Below are positions 46,049 to 54,061 of a stretch of 62,615 nucleotides of DNA, in pieces; positions within the stretch are counted from its first letter, which is position 1, and each line of letters starts with the position of its first letter. Source of the DNA: Minisyncoccota bacterium. GTDB lineage: Bacteria > Patescibacteriota > Minisyncoccia > Phycocordibacterales > CAIZLB01. The position numbers and the translations under genes were made by a program. The stretch is taken from contig JAGOSK010000003.1 of the NCBI GenBank assembly GCA_018062305.1, positions 1 through 62,615 on the forward strand. The letters run 5' to 3'. The notes under the pieces are model-generated. The model was not told the origin of the DNA and ran no database searches. It saw only the letters and a program-made list of their open reading frames with translations.

Positions 46049-47784
46049 AATTAAAATCCTTTCAAATTGAACATGTGAAATCTATAGTAGACTCTGGTGT
46101 CTGTCATGCTTCAGATACTGAAAAAATACTTGTCCTTGCTGGACAAAATGAGGCAGGAAAAAGTGCAGTATTGGAGGCATTAAATTACTTTGGTAATGGT
46201 CCGGACGAGCGATTTATTAAACTTTCAAAGAGACTTAACGCAGAACCAAAAGTTACATGCACCTTTCTTATAGAAGACAAGGATTGTAATTCAGACGATC
46301 AGGAAATAAATGATCTTCTAAAAGAACTAAAGACAGTAGAGTGTTACAGAAGTGGTACAACGAAAGAAGACAATACTTTGTGTACTTCAGATAAGAGTGA
46401 TGAACAAATAAAAGAGTTGATCAAAAAAATTGATTTCTCTGCAAAGGTCACTGAGGAAAATAGTGAAGCAGACGATTCAGCTCGTGAGCAAGCCATTCAA
46501 AAGAAAAAAGATGAGCTCTTTGATACAGTCATCTCTCACATAATTGATTCATTGCCGGAATTCATTCTTTACGACTCTTTTACTGGGTTGTTGCCTGGCG
46601 AAATAAAGATTGCTGAGATTCCTTCAAACCAAGCAGTTCAAGATTTTGAAAGGATCTTTAGTGTTAACTTTGCTGATGCTGTTACTAAAAATCCACAGGA
46701 GCGCAGCTCTATTAAGAGTGCCATCGAGGGTAAGGCTGAACTTGATCTTAATACCTACTGGAGCCAAAAGAGAACAGATGGAGAAGAGGACAAATATCGT
46801 TTTGACATAAACATGATTCCTGGTACGGAGGCGAGAGTTGAATTTCTTATACATCGTGAGGATGGTACCCCATTGTTTATGGAGCAAAAGAGCAAGGGCT
46901 TCCAATGGTTCAATGCTTTCATGCTTCGTTTAAAAGCAATCGGTGTTGAAGATGGTAATTTTGATAACTATATTCTTTTGATTGATGAACCAGGTCAGGG
47001 CTTACATGAGACTGCTCAGAAAAATGTAAAAGTTGTATTGGAAGAGCTGGCTCAAAAAGGAATGCATATTCTCTATACGACACACAATCCTTCCCTTATT
47101 GGAGTAAATGATGATGAGCTTTTAAGAATTCGCCTCGTGTTTCAGAGTAAGGATAAGGGTACTAAAATAAACACGATTGCACAGTTTGCATCATCTCAGG
47201 AAACAGCAAGTAAAGATGCACTGTCACCGATTATCACTGCAATGGGTATCAGTCACCTCGGACAAATCGTTGACGCAAACAAGCTGTGCGTTGTCGTTGA
47301 AGGAATAACAGATCATTATTATTTTACTGCTTTCAAGAGTTTGATAGGTATCGCAAACGACTTTGCTCTTATCCCAGCATGCGGAGTGAAGAATATTCGT
47401 CCACTTGTCAGTATTCTTATTGGTTGGGGCACTAGCTTTAAGGCGATATTTGATGATGGGAAAGAAGGAAAAAGTGTACACAAAGATCTTGCCAAACATC
47501 TCTTCAAAGAAGATGAGGATGGTCTTGCAAAAGTAGTTAAGAAAATGGATGGCTTTGAAGGTATAGAGGACCTCTTAACTAAGGAAGATTTCTATACTTA
47601 TGTATTGAATGAAAGTGTTGCTACTGCAGCAACCTCAAATTCTGAAATTGCAAAGGATAGAAAGAAGGAATTGCTTGCCCGTTTGTTTTTAGAGAAAGTA
47701 AAGAAGGGTGAGATTAAGAAAGAAAATCTGAATGCAACTACTCTTAGTAATTTCTCCAACGCATTAAATTGGCTTACATCATAA
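46045..47784 (+). CDS. OLD-family-like protein: ABC/SMC-type ATPase head plus C-terminal Toprim/DUF4435-like domain
   Basis: Walker A GQNEAGKS (aa 33-40), SKGFQWF (283-289), Walker B LLIDEPGQGLH (311-321), TTHN, VVVEGITDHYYF (416-427), IFDDGKEG (468-475). ATGA overlap with the mod stop. Confidence 0.7.
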   Translation: MKLKSFQIEHVKSIVDSGVCHASDTEKILVLAGQNEAGKSAVLEALNYFGNGPDERFIKLSKRLNAEPKVTCTFLIEDKDCNSDDQEINDLLKELKTVECYRSGTTKEDNTLCTSDKSDEQIKELIKKIDFSAKVTEENSEADDSAREQAIQKKKDELFDTVISHIIDSLPEFILYDSFTGLLPGEIKIAEIPSNQAVQDFERIFSVNFADAVTKNPQERSSIKSAIEGKAELDLNTYWSQKRTDGEEDKYRFDINMIPGTEARVEFLIHREDGTPLFMEQKSKGFQWFNAFMLRLKAIGVEDGNFDNYILLIDEPGQGLHETAQKNVKVVLEELAQKGMHILYTTHNPSLIGVNDDELLRIRLVFQSKDKGTKINTIAQFASSQETASKDALSPIITAMGISHLGQIVDANKLCVVVEGITDHYYFTAFKSLIGIANDFALIPACGVKNIRPLVSILIGWGTSFKAIFDDGKEGKSVHKDLAKHLFKEDEDGLAKVVKKMDGFEGIEDLLTKEDFYTYVLNESVATAATSNSEIAKDRKKELLARLFLEKVKKGEIKKENLNATTLSNFSNALNWLTS

Positions 47785-47787
47785 TTT

Positions 47788-50478
47788 ATGGCCCTACACA
47801 AAAATTTTCCAAAAGATCCATATGAAATACTTGATCCAAGCATCAGGTGGTTTCCTGCTGATGAAGATCTACGTGAAAAAGGGTTCGATAAGCTCATCCC
47901 TCCTCTTGTGGCTGATCTCCGCAAAAAGGTTAAAGAATGGCGGGATAGAGGATACGACGGTGCAAGCGATACTTCCCAAGCACTTTTGAATTGGTGGTTT
48001 AAAGAGGATCATATTCTATATGACCAACACGGCGTATCTTCTCACTTCAGGTACTATTTCTCACAGCGAGAGGCACTTGAGACAGTAGTGTGGCTCTATG
48101 AAGTGGCTAAGGTAAAAGATAAGTATGATCTCATTCGCTATAATTCTACCGGCGTACTCAGTCCCCAGATGTTTACTGAAGAATGGCTTCGTTTTGTCAT
48201 AAAGATGGCAACTGGTGCGGGTAAAACCAAAGTCATGAGCCTCATTATTGCGTGGGCTTATTTCCATAAGAAGTATGAAAAGGATTCTGTATTAGCAAAA
48301 AATTTCCTCCTCATAACACCAAACGTTATCGTCTTCGAAAGAATAAGGAATGATTTTGAAGGATTAAAGATATTCTTCAGTGACCCTGTATTACCAGATA
48401 ATGGATATCGTGGACAAAATTGGCAGGATGATTTCCAGTTGACACTGCACCTTCAGGATGACTTGCGAAATGTTTCTGATACAGGAAATATATTCCTTAC
48501 AAATATCCACAGAGTATTTGAAGGTGATGTAAAAGACGCAAGCCTCGACGATGAGGACACCTCAGCATATTTCCTTGGAAATAAACCTGTTACAAAAACA
48601 AATGATTCTATCGTTGACTTGGGAATGATCGTACGAGATATCGATGAACTCATTGTTATCAATGACGAAGCTCACCATTTACATGATGATAAATCAGCCT
48701 GGGTAAAATCTATTGCGGATATAGATAATCGTTTGAAGCAAAAAGGAACAAAATTGTCCTTACAACTTGATCTTACGGCTACACCTAAAAAGAATGATGG
48801 ATCCATCTTTGTACAAACCATTTCTGATTACCCACTCGTTGAAGCAATACACCAGAGAGTGGTAAAAAATCCAGTGGTGCCTGATGCGGCGAGTCGTGGA
48901 AAACTAAAGGAAAATCAAAGTACGCTCTTTAGTGAAAAATACAGAGATTACATAAACCTCGGTATTGAGGAATGGCAAAAAACATACGAGGCACTAAAAC
49001 CAATGGGTAAAAAGTCTATTCTCTTTATCATGACGGATGATACAAAAAACTGTGATGAGGTAGCCCAATATATTGAGACAAGCTTCAAGGAACTCAAAGG
49101 TGCTGTTTTGACTATTCACACAAACAAGAGCGGTGAAATTTCAGAAACAATCTCTGGTAAAAATAAGGAGGAGTTGGACCTACTCAGAAAACAAGCAAAC
49201 GAGATAGATAGCTGGGAAAGTCCGTTCAAAGTCATTATTTCCGTCTTGATGCTTAAAGAAGGTTGGGATGTAAAGAATGTGACAACTATTGTCGGACTAA
49301 GACCGTATGCCGCAGATTCAAAGATCCTTCCGGAACAAACTCTCGGCCGAGGCCTCCGAAGGATGTTTTTCGGCAGAGATGACGTTGAGGAATATGTGAG
49401 TGTTATCGGTACGCCAGCTTTCATGGACTTCGTAGAATCAATCAAAGGTGAAGGTGTCATTCTTGAAAAGAAGTCGATGGGAACGGGTGCTAAACCCATA
49501 TCTCCAATGGTTATTGAGGTTGATAAAGATAATCCAAAGAAGGACATCGAAAAACTGGATATTGAAATTCCGGTAATGTCCCCTCGAATTCAAAGGGAAT
49601 ATAAAAACCTTGCCCAGTTAGATGTGTCTGCGTTTGGAAATAAAAAGGTTGCGGTTAAAGTTTTTTCCGAAGAAGAAAAAAGAGAGATTGTCTTTAAGGA
49701 TGTCGTTGGTGAAAAAACACATCACACAACAATCCTTTCAGGTGAAATTGAACCAGATTATCAAAGTGTTGTTGGTTTTTTTGCACAGGCAATTATGCGA
49801 GAACTCAGGCTTTTCGGTTGTTACGATATCTTGTTTGGTAAGGTAAGAGAATTTGTGCAGGGCCATCTGTTCGATAGCCAGGTAAATTTATCTGACTTAA
49901 ATACACTTCGAAATTTATCGGAGGTTGAGTATATACGACTCATAAAGGACTCATTCAAAAAAGCCATCAACGATCTTACTGTTGAGGACAAAGGAGATAC
50001 GGAAATAAAGAATTACATAAAAATTAGTGAGGCACGTCCTTTCGTTGTTAACGACAAGTCATATTTAATACCTAAAAAATCAGTCTTCAATAAAATTGTT
50101 GGTGATAGTGATTTTGAGTTGGTATTCTCAGACTTTCTTGAAAATTGCGATGATGTAATTTCCTTTGCGAAGAACTTCCAAAACAAGGAAGCAAGCGCTC
50201 TTAGAATTGAGTACAAAAACTCAGAAGGGTTCATAGCCACTTATTATCCCGACTTCTTTGTAAAAAAAGATGAGAAAACGGTTTACATTGTTGAGACAAA
50301 AGGACGAGAGGAGGAAAATGACAAGTTGAAATTTGAGAGACTACAAAAATGGTGTGAGGATGTGAACAATCGACAAAACAGGGTTGTTTATAAAGCGCTC
50401 TACATAAGGCAAGAAGACTGGGAAAAAGACAGACTCAAGAACTTTAACGAGGCTGTAAGGATGTTTAATAAGAGCTAG
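47788..50478 (+). CDS. res: Type III restriction enzyme Res subunit (SF2 helicase plus PD-(D/E)xK nuclease)
   Basis: ATGAGKTKV, VINDEAHHLH, QTLGRGLRR, and C-terminal YYPDFFVKKDEKTVYIVETKG. Confidence 0.85.
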   Translation: MALHKNFPKDPYEILDPSIRWFPADEDLREKGFDKLIPPLVADLRKKVKEWRDRGYDGASDTSQALLNWWFKEDHILYDQHGVSSHFRYYFSQREALETVVWLYEVAKVKDKYDLIRYNSTGVLSPQMFTEEWLRFVIKMATGAGKTKVMSLIIAWAYFHKKYEKDSVLAKNFLLITPNVIVFERIRNDFEGLKIFFSDPVLPDNGYRGQNWQDDFQLTLHLQDDLRNVSDTGNIFLTNIHRVFEGDVKDASLDDEDTSAYFLGNKPVTKTNDSIVDLGMIVRDIDELIVINDEAHHLHDDKSAWVKSIADIDNRLKQKGTKLSLQLDLTATPKKNDGSIFVQTISDYPLVEAIHQRVVKNPVVPDAASRGKLKENQSTLFSEKYRDYINLGIEEWQKTYEALKPMGKKSILFIMTDDTKNCDEVAQYIETSFKELKGAVLTIHTNKSGEISETISGKNKEELDLLRKQANEIDSWESPFKVIISVLMLKEGWDVKNVTTIVGLRPYAADSKILPEQTLGRGLRRMFFGRDDVEEYVSVIGTPAFMDFVESIKGEGVILEKKSMGTGAKPISPMVIEVDKDNPKKDIEKLDIEIPVMSPRIQREYKNLAQLDVSAFGNKKVAVKVFSEEEKREIVFKDVVGEKTHHTTILSGEIEPDYQSVVGFFAQAIMRELRLFGCYDILFGKVREFVQGHLFDSQVNLSDLNTLRNLSEVEYIRLIKDSFKKAINDLTVEDKGDTEIKNYIKISEARPFVVNDKSYLIPKKSVFNKIVGDSDFELVFSDFLENCDDVISFAKNFQNKEASALRIEYKNSEGFIATYYPDFFVKKDEKTVYIVETKGREEENDKLKFERLQKWCEDVNNRQNRVVYKALYIRQEDWEKDRLKNFNEAVRMFNKS

Positions 50479-50504
50479 TTTGGCCCATAATTAGGCCCTA
50501 AATT

Positions 50505-50543
50505 GCCCTGTGTACGCTTTTCCAAGCCTATTCAGGGCTTTTT
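50505..50543 (+). terminator. Intrinsic terminator after res
   Basis: GCCCTG...(inner GCTT/AAGC)...CAGGGC followed by TTTTT. Confidence 0.55.
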
Positions 50544-50580
50544 ACGTTGTCTCGGCCAATACCCACTAATTTGCACTTAT

Positions 50581-51000
50581 TCGGACCTCATACTTACTCG
50601 GGTCCCTAAGGAAAAGTAATTCACACTGAAGTGCGTGTTTAGACGGATCATACTACTCCTATCCAAGAATTGATTCCGCAGAGTTTTGAGGGTTTTTTCT
50701 TGGGTACCATCAGATCGTCCTAGCAGAAAAGTAATGCAACGCATTTTTCACTTTTTGGACAATAGGATTAAGACAGTCCTCAGAGGTAAGAGTAATTCCT
50801 ACAGTTAGGAACTTTATACATCTTAGGATAAACCCATAATCCTAGCCATAAAAAGTAATACACCATGTTTTGCTTTTTTTAAGCACTAGGATTAAGTAGT
50901 TCTTTGGTCCGAAGTAATTCCTGCAGTTAGGAATTTATAGGGCTTCAGAATAGACAAATCGAAGGTCCAAAAGTAATGCACGTAATTTTGCATAAAATTG
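50581..51000. repeat. Array of seven ~60-nt degenerate units, each with RTCC...AAAGTAAT flanked by short stem-loops
   Basis: Cores at 50614, 50665 (degenerate AAGAAT), 50729, 50790 (GAGTAAT), 50853, 50912 and 50971. See findings for the stems. Confidence 0.8.
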
Positions 51001-51021
51001 GGTCTACGATACATAACACTT

Positions 51022-51078
51022 CCAGTTGCACGGAAAGAGCTGAGTCACTTGCAACTGGGACTCAGCTCTTTCTGTTTT
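51022..51078 (+). terminator. 14-bp-stem terminator-like hairpin interleaved with a second 9-bp inverted repeat
   Basis: GAAAGAGCTGAGTC (51033-51046) pairs with GACTCAGCTCTTTC (51059-51072), then TGTTTT. CCAGTTGCA (51022-51030) pairs with TGCAACTGG (51050-51058). Confidence 0.6.
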
Positions 51079-51128
51079 CAGGAAGATCTCAATAACGGTC
51101 GAAATTATTAACCAAACACTACACCATT

Positions 51129-51398
51129 ATGCTAAGCAAACAAGCACTAGATGAATATCGAGAGATCTATCGCAATGAACATGGCAAGGTCCCTTCGGAT
51201 GAAATTCTTGTTGAAGAAGCAACCAAACTCCTAACTGTCTTTGACCTTGTCTACCGGCCTGTGAAAAAGGTGTGGCTTAAAGAATATGAACAACAACGAG
51301 AAGAATTTCCTCGAGTGGTTGGACCCGAAGAAGAGCAAAGTGGAGATAGCCCATGCCTACCACAAGGCGAAGATCGAGGAACTGAAGAATCAGATTGA
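51129..51398 (+). CDS. Small conserved hypothetical protein, paralog of 41786-42010
   Basis: The N-terminal 45 aa are homologous to the left-end ORF. The 3' third overlaps the next ORF out of frame. Confidence 0.5.
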   Translation: MLSKQALDEYREIYRNEHGKVPSDEILVEEATKLLTVFDLVYRPVKKVWLKEYEQQREEFPRVVGPEEEQSGDSPCLPQGEDRGTEESD

Positions 51399-52185
51399 TC
51401 GGTCCCTATTGCGCGGCAAGAGAAAGCCTACTCGGTTTTTCGTAGAGAATGAATTTGTGGAGCATGGCTATATGGAAAAGTTGCCAAAGCTCTGCACGCT
51501 CGTTTATTGCGCAATTCTGAAACATGGAAATACGCAGACACAAGTCGCATGGCCGAGTCTGACCACTATCCAGGACCTGACTGGAGAGAAGAACAGAAAC
51601 TATGTGTCAAATGCGGTCCGACTTCTTGTTGAGTGCAGCATCCTTGGTGTGGTCCAGACAAAGAGTGGATTCAAAACTCTGAACCTGTACTACTTTAAGT
51701 CGGTCGATTTTTGGAAAAGCATAGCCCATGTTAAAGGGCGTCTCAAACTTAAAGATTCAGTTGCGCAGTATCCAGATATACATCTCCGTAGTATCCGAAA
51801 GCGCAGGAACCGTAGTATTAACGTAGATACTCTAACTAACCAAATAAATAAATCCCCGAATTCTTTAACTAGCATAGGCGATGTTCTTAAGAGGAAAATG
51901 CATAAGTGGCAACTACCGGAACAAGTTGCTATTCAAGAGCCTTCTGGGCATGATGTCGTTGAGACAGCCTATGAAGGAAAGATACCCTTAAGTGAGGTAG
52001 TGAGACCCACAGAAAACGCAGATAATTTTCCCGATATAGCGGGAAATTTACGGGAAGTCGGCAGTATCCAATCAGATACTACGGAACCACCGTTAAAAAA
52101 CGGTGAAAAATGGGCAGAGCCAGTAAATGAGACCCACATACCTGACACACAAATAAACCATGAACCAGACAAACCAACCAATTAA
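51286..52185 (+). CDS. Winged-helix (HTH_36/DnaD-like) DNA-binding protein, possible replication initiator or regulator
   Basis: LCTLVYCAILKHGNTQTQVAWPSLTTIQDLTGEKNRNYVSNAVRLLVECSIL. True start uncertain. Confidence 0.5.
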   Translation: MNNNEKNFLEWLDPKKSKVEIAHAYHKAKIEELKNQIDRSLLRGKRKPTRFFVENEFVEHGYMEKLPKLCTLVYCAILKHGNTQTQVAWPSLTTIQDLTGEKNRNYVSNAVRLLVECSILGVVQTKSGFKTLNLYYFKSVDFWKSIAHVKGRLKLKDSVAQYPDIHLRSIRKRRNRSINVDTLTNQINKSPNSLTSIGDVLKRKMHKWQLPEQVAIQEPSGHDVVETAYEGKIPLSEVVRPTENADNFPDIAGNLREVGSIQSDTTEPPLKNGEKWAEPVNETHIPDTQINHEPDKPTN

Positions 52186-53797
52186 ATACTTCCTCTATGC
52201 TCGTAAATCCAGCGAGGCAGAAGATCGCCAGGCAGCATCCATAGATGCCCAGAAAGACGAGCTTTTGAAGATTGCAAAGGATCAAGGCTTACACATCCTG
52301 GATATCCTTGAAGAATCACAATCAGCCAAGAAACCAGGTAGGAAGGTATTCAACTCAATGCTTGAGAGGATCTATAAAGGCGAAGCCAATGGCATCCTAT
52401 GCTGGAAACTGGACCGCCTAGCCCGTAATCCTGTCGATGGTGGCCAGATAAGCTGGATGTTGCAGCAGAGTGCCGTATCTAAAATCGTTACCTTCGGCCG
52501 AACCTATTATCCGACCGACAACGTGCTCATGATGCAGGTTGAGCTAGGTATGGCTAATCAGTTTATACGAGACCTATCAGTGAACGTAAAGCGAGGTCTG
52601 CAAAAGAAGGTAAGAGATGGCTGGATGCCAAGTGGCGCACCGATTGGATATCTCAATACCCCAAATAAGCAAAAGGGATATAAGACCTTAGAAAAAGATC
52701 CCGATAGATTTCCATTGGTCCGAAGACTCTTTGACCTTGCACTTACCGGCAATTATTCCATGGCCCAAATTTGGAATATTTCAAGAAAACAATTGAATCT
52801 CCGAACGGTCCCACGTAGGAATATAGGCGGAGAACATCTTTCACGATCAGCAATTTATGCAGTCCTCGGTAATCCATTTTATTACGGCTGGTTTGAGTTT
52901 CCACTACACAGTGGCAATTGGAATAAGGGAGCACATGAGCCAATGGTAACCAAAGAAGAATTTGATCAGGTACAAAAGGTTATGGGTAGGACCAACCAAC
53001 CACGCCCACGACATGAAGAGCGAATGTTTGCATTTACCGGCCTTATGAAATGCGCCACCTGTGGCTGCAGCATTACAGCCCAAGCCAAAGTAAAGCGTTG
53101 CAAAAATGGCAACGTACATCACTATGTTTACTACAACTGCACCAAAAAGAGATACGATGCTGGCTGCACTGAAAAGCATGTCGAAGTAAAACTGCTACAT
53201 CTACAGATTGGAGCAATACTTAAAGATATAAGAATTTCAGAGGAGTATCGTGACTGGGCGGTCCGCCACGTCCATGAGGTCCGCAAGAATGAGGCCGAGA
53301 GTGATTCGATAGCGATAAGGACCAAACACAAAGAGTGTGAAGAAGTAACGCAGCAGCTGCAGTCTTTGACCTTGAACTTCACAGCGCCTTCCAACAAGGC
53401 TCGAAACGTTATTGGTGAACAGGAATACCAGTCTCTCAAGTCTGAATTACTCAGAAAGAAGGGACTCCTCGAAGATGAATTGAAGATCAAGAATAAGGCA
53501 GTTGAACAATGGGCAGAACTTTCAGAGCAAACCTTTGACTTTGCCTGCTATGCACACCTTTGGTACGAGAATGGCGATGAAAAGACCAAAAGAGCGATAC
53601 TCGCATGTCTTGGCTCGAACCTCACCATTTCCGACAAAAAGATCCAGCTTTCCTACAGTTCTTTCTTTTTGAGCCTCATAAAAGCACGAGAAGCTATTGA
53701 GCGGGAAATCGAGCACGCTCGAACCTACAAAAAGCCAGGCCACATACAACAAAAGTGGCATCATGTGCCACTTTTGTCAGTCAGGCTCCGTGGGTAG
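52160..53797 (+). CDS. Large serine recombinase
   Basis: YLYARKSSEAEDRQAASIDAQ (catalytic Ser region), CWKLDRLARN, recombinase domain, zinc ribbon (CATCGCSITAQ...YYNCTKK), coiled coil. Confidence 0.9.
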   Translation: MNQTNQPIKYFLYARKSSEAEDRQAASIDAQKDELLKIAKDQGLHILDILEESQSAKKPGRKVFNSMLERIYKGEANGILCWKLDRLARNPVDGGQISWMLQQSAVSKIVTFGRTYYPTDNVLMMQVELGMANQFIRDLSVNVKRGLQKKVRDGWMPSGAPIGYLNTPNKQKGYKTLEKDPDRFPLVRRLFDLALTGNYSMAQIWNISRKQLNLRTVPRRNIGGEHLSRSAIYAVLGNPFYYGWFEFPLHSGNWNKGAHEPMVTKEEFDQVQKVMGRTNQPRPRHEERMFAFTGLMKCATCGCSITAQAKVKRCKNGNVHHYVYYNCTKKRYDAGCTEKHVEVKLLHLQIGAILKDIRISEEYRDWAVRHVHEVRKNEAESDSIAIRTKHKECEEVTQQLQSLTLNFTAPSNKARNVIGEQEYQSLKSELLRKKGLLEDELKIKNKAVEQWAELSEQTFDFACYAHLWYENGDEKTKRAILACLGSNLTISDKKIQLSYSSFFLSLIKAREAIEREIEHARTYKKPGHIQQKWHHVPLLSVRLRG

Positions 53798-53857
53798 GGA
53801 TCGAACCTACGACCAAGCGATTAACAGTCGCTTGCTCTACCGCTGAGCTACCACGGA
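53786..53857 (-). tRNA. tRNA-Asn (anticodon GTT), CCA not encoded
   Basis: Manual cloverleaf: TCCGTGG-TA-GCTC-AGCGGTA-GAGC-A-AGCGA-CTGTTAA-TCGCT-TGGTC-GTAGG-TTCGATC-CCTAC-CCACGGA-G. Confidence 0.9.
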
Positions 53858-53963
53858 ATGTCTCGTTCCCCCTCTTTTCAGCTTGGGAACGTTGTCCATA
53901 ATAGCATATTTTTGGAGTATGAAAAGCTCCAACTTTTCCACCCTCACCCGACTCGCTCCGACG

Positions 53964-53994
53964 AAAAAACAGACAGGTTTAGTGTCTGTTTTTT
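53964..53994. terminator. Bidirectional intrinsic terminator after the pilin gene
   Basis: AAAAAACAGACA-ggtttag-TGTCTGTTTTTT. Confidence 0.7.
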
Positions 53995-54061
53995 CTATTG
54001 ATTATTTTGTAATAATTTTCGGCAGTAATTTCAGGATACTTTTCCTGAACGTTACTCCGTA

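Larger units (their letters stand above)
41786..53797. mobile_element. Putative integrated element / defence island at tRNA-Asn (left boundary uncertain)
   Basis: A serine recombinase abuts and overlaps the tRNA 3' end. Cargo consists of AbiE, a Type III R-M, OLD-like and wHTH genes. Paralogous small ORFs sit near both ends. No att repeat identified. Confidence 0.5.

Noticed and set aside
50581-51000. Possible CRISPR array
   Set aside because: The units share only a 7-8-nt core plus RTCC, not 24-48-nt near-identical repeats, and no cas genes are nearby. I report it as a degenerate structured repeat instead.
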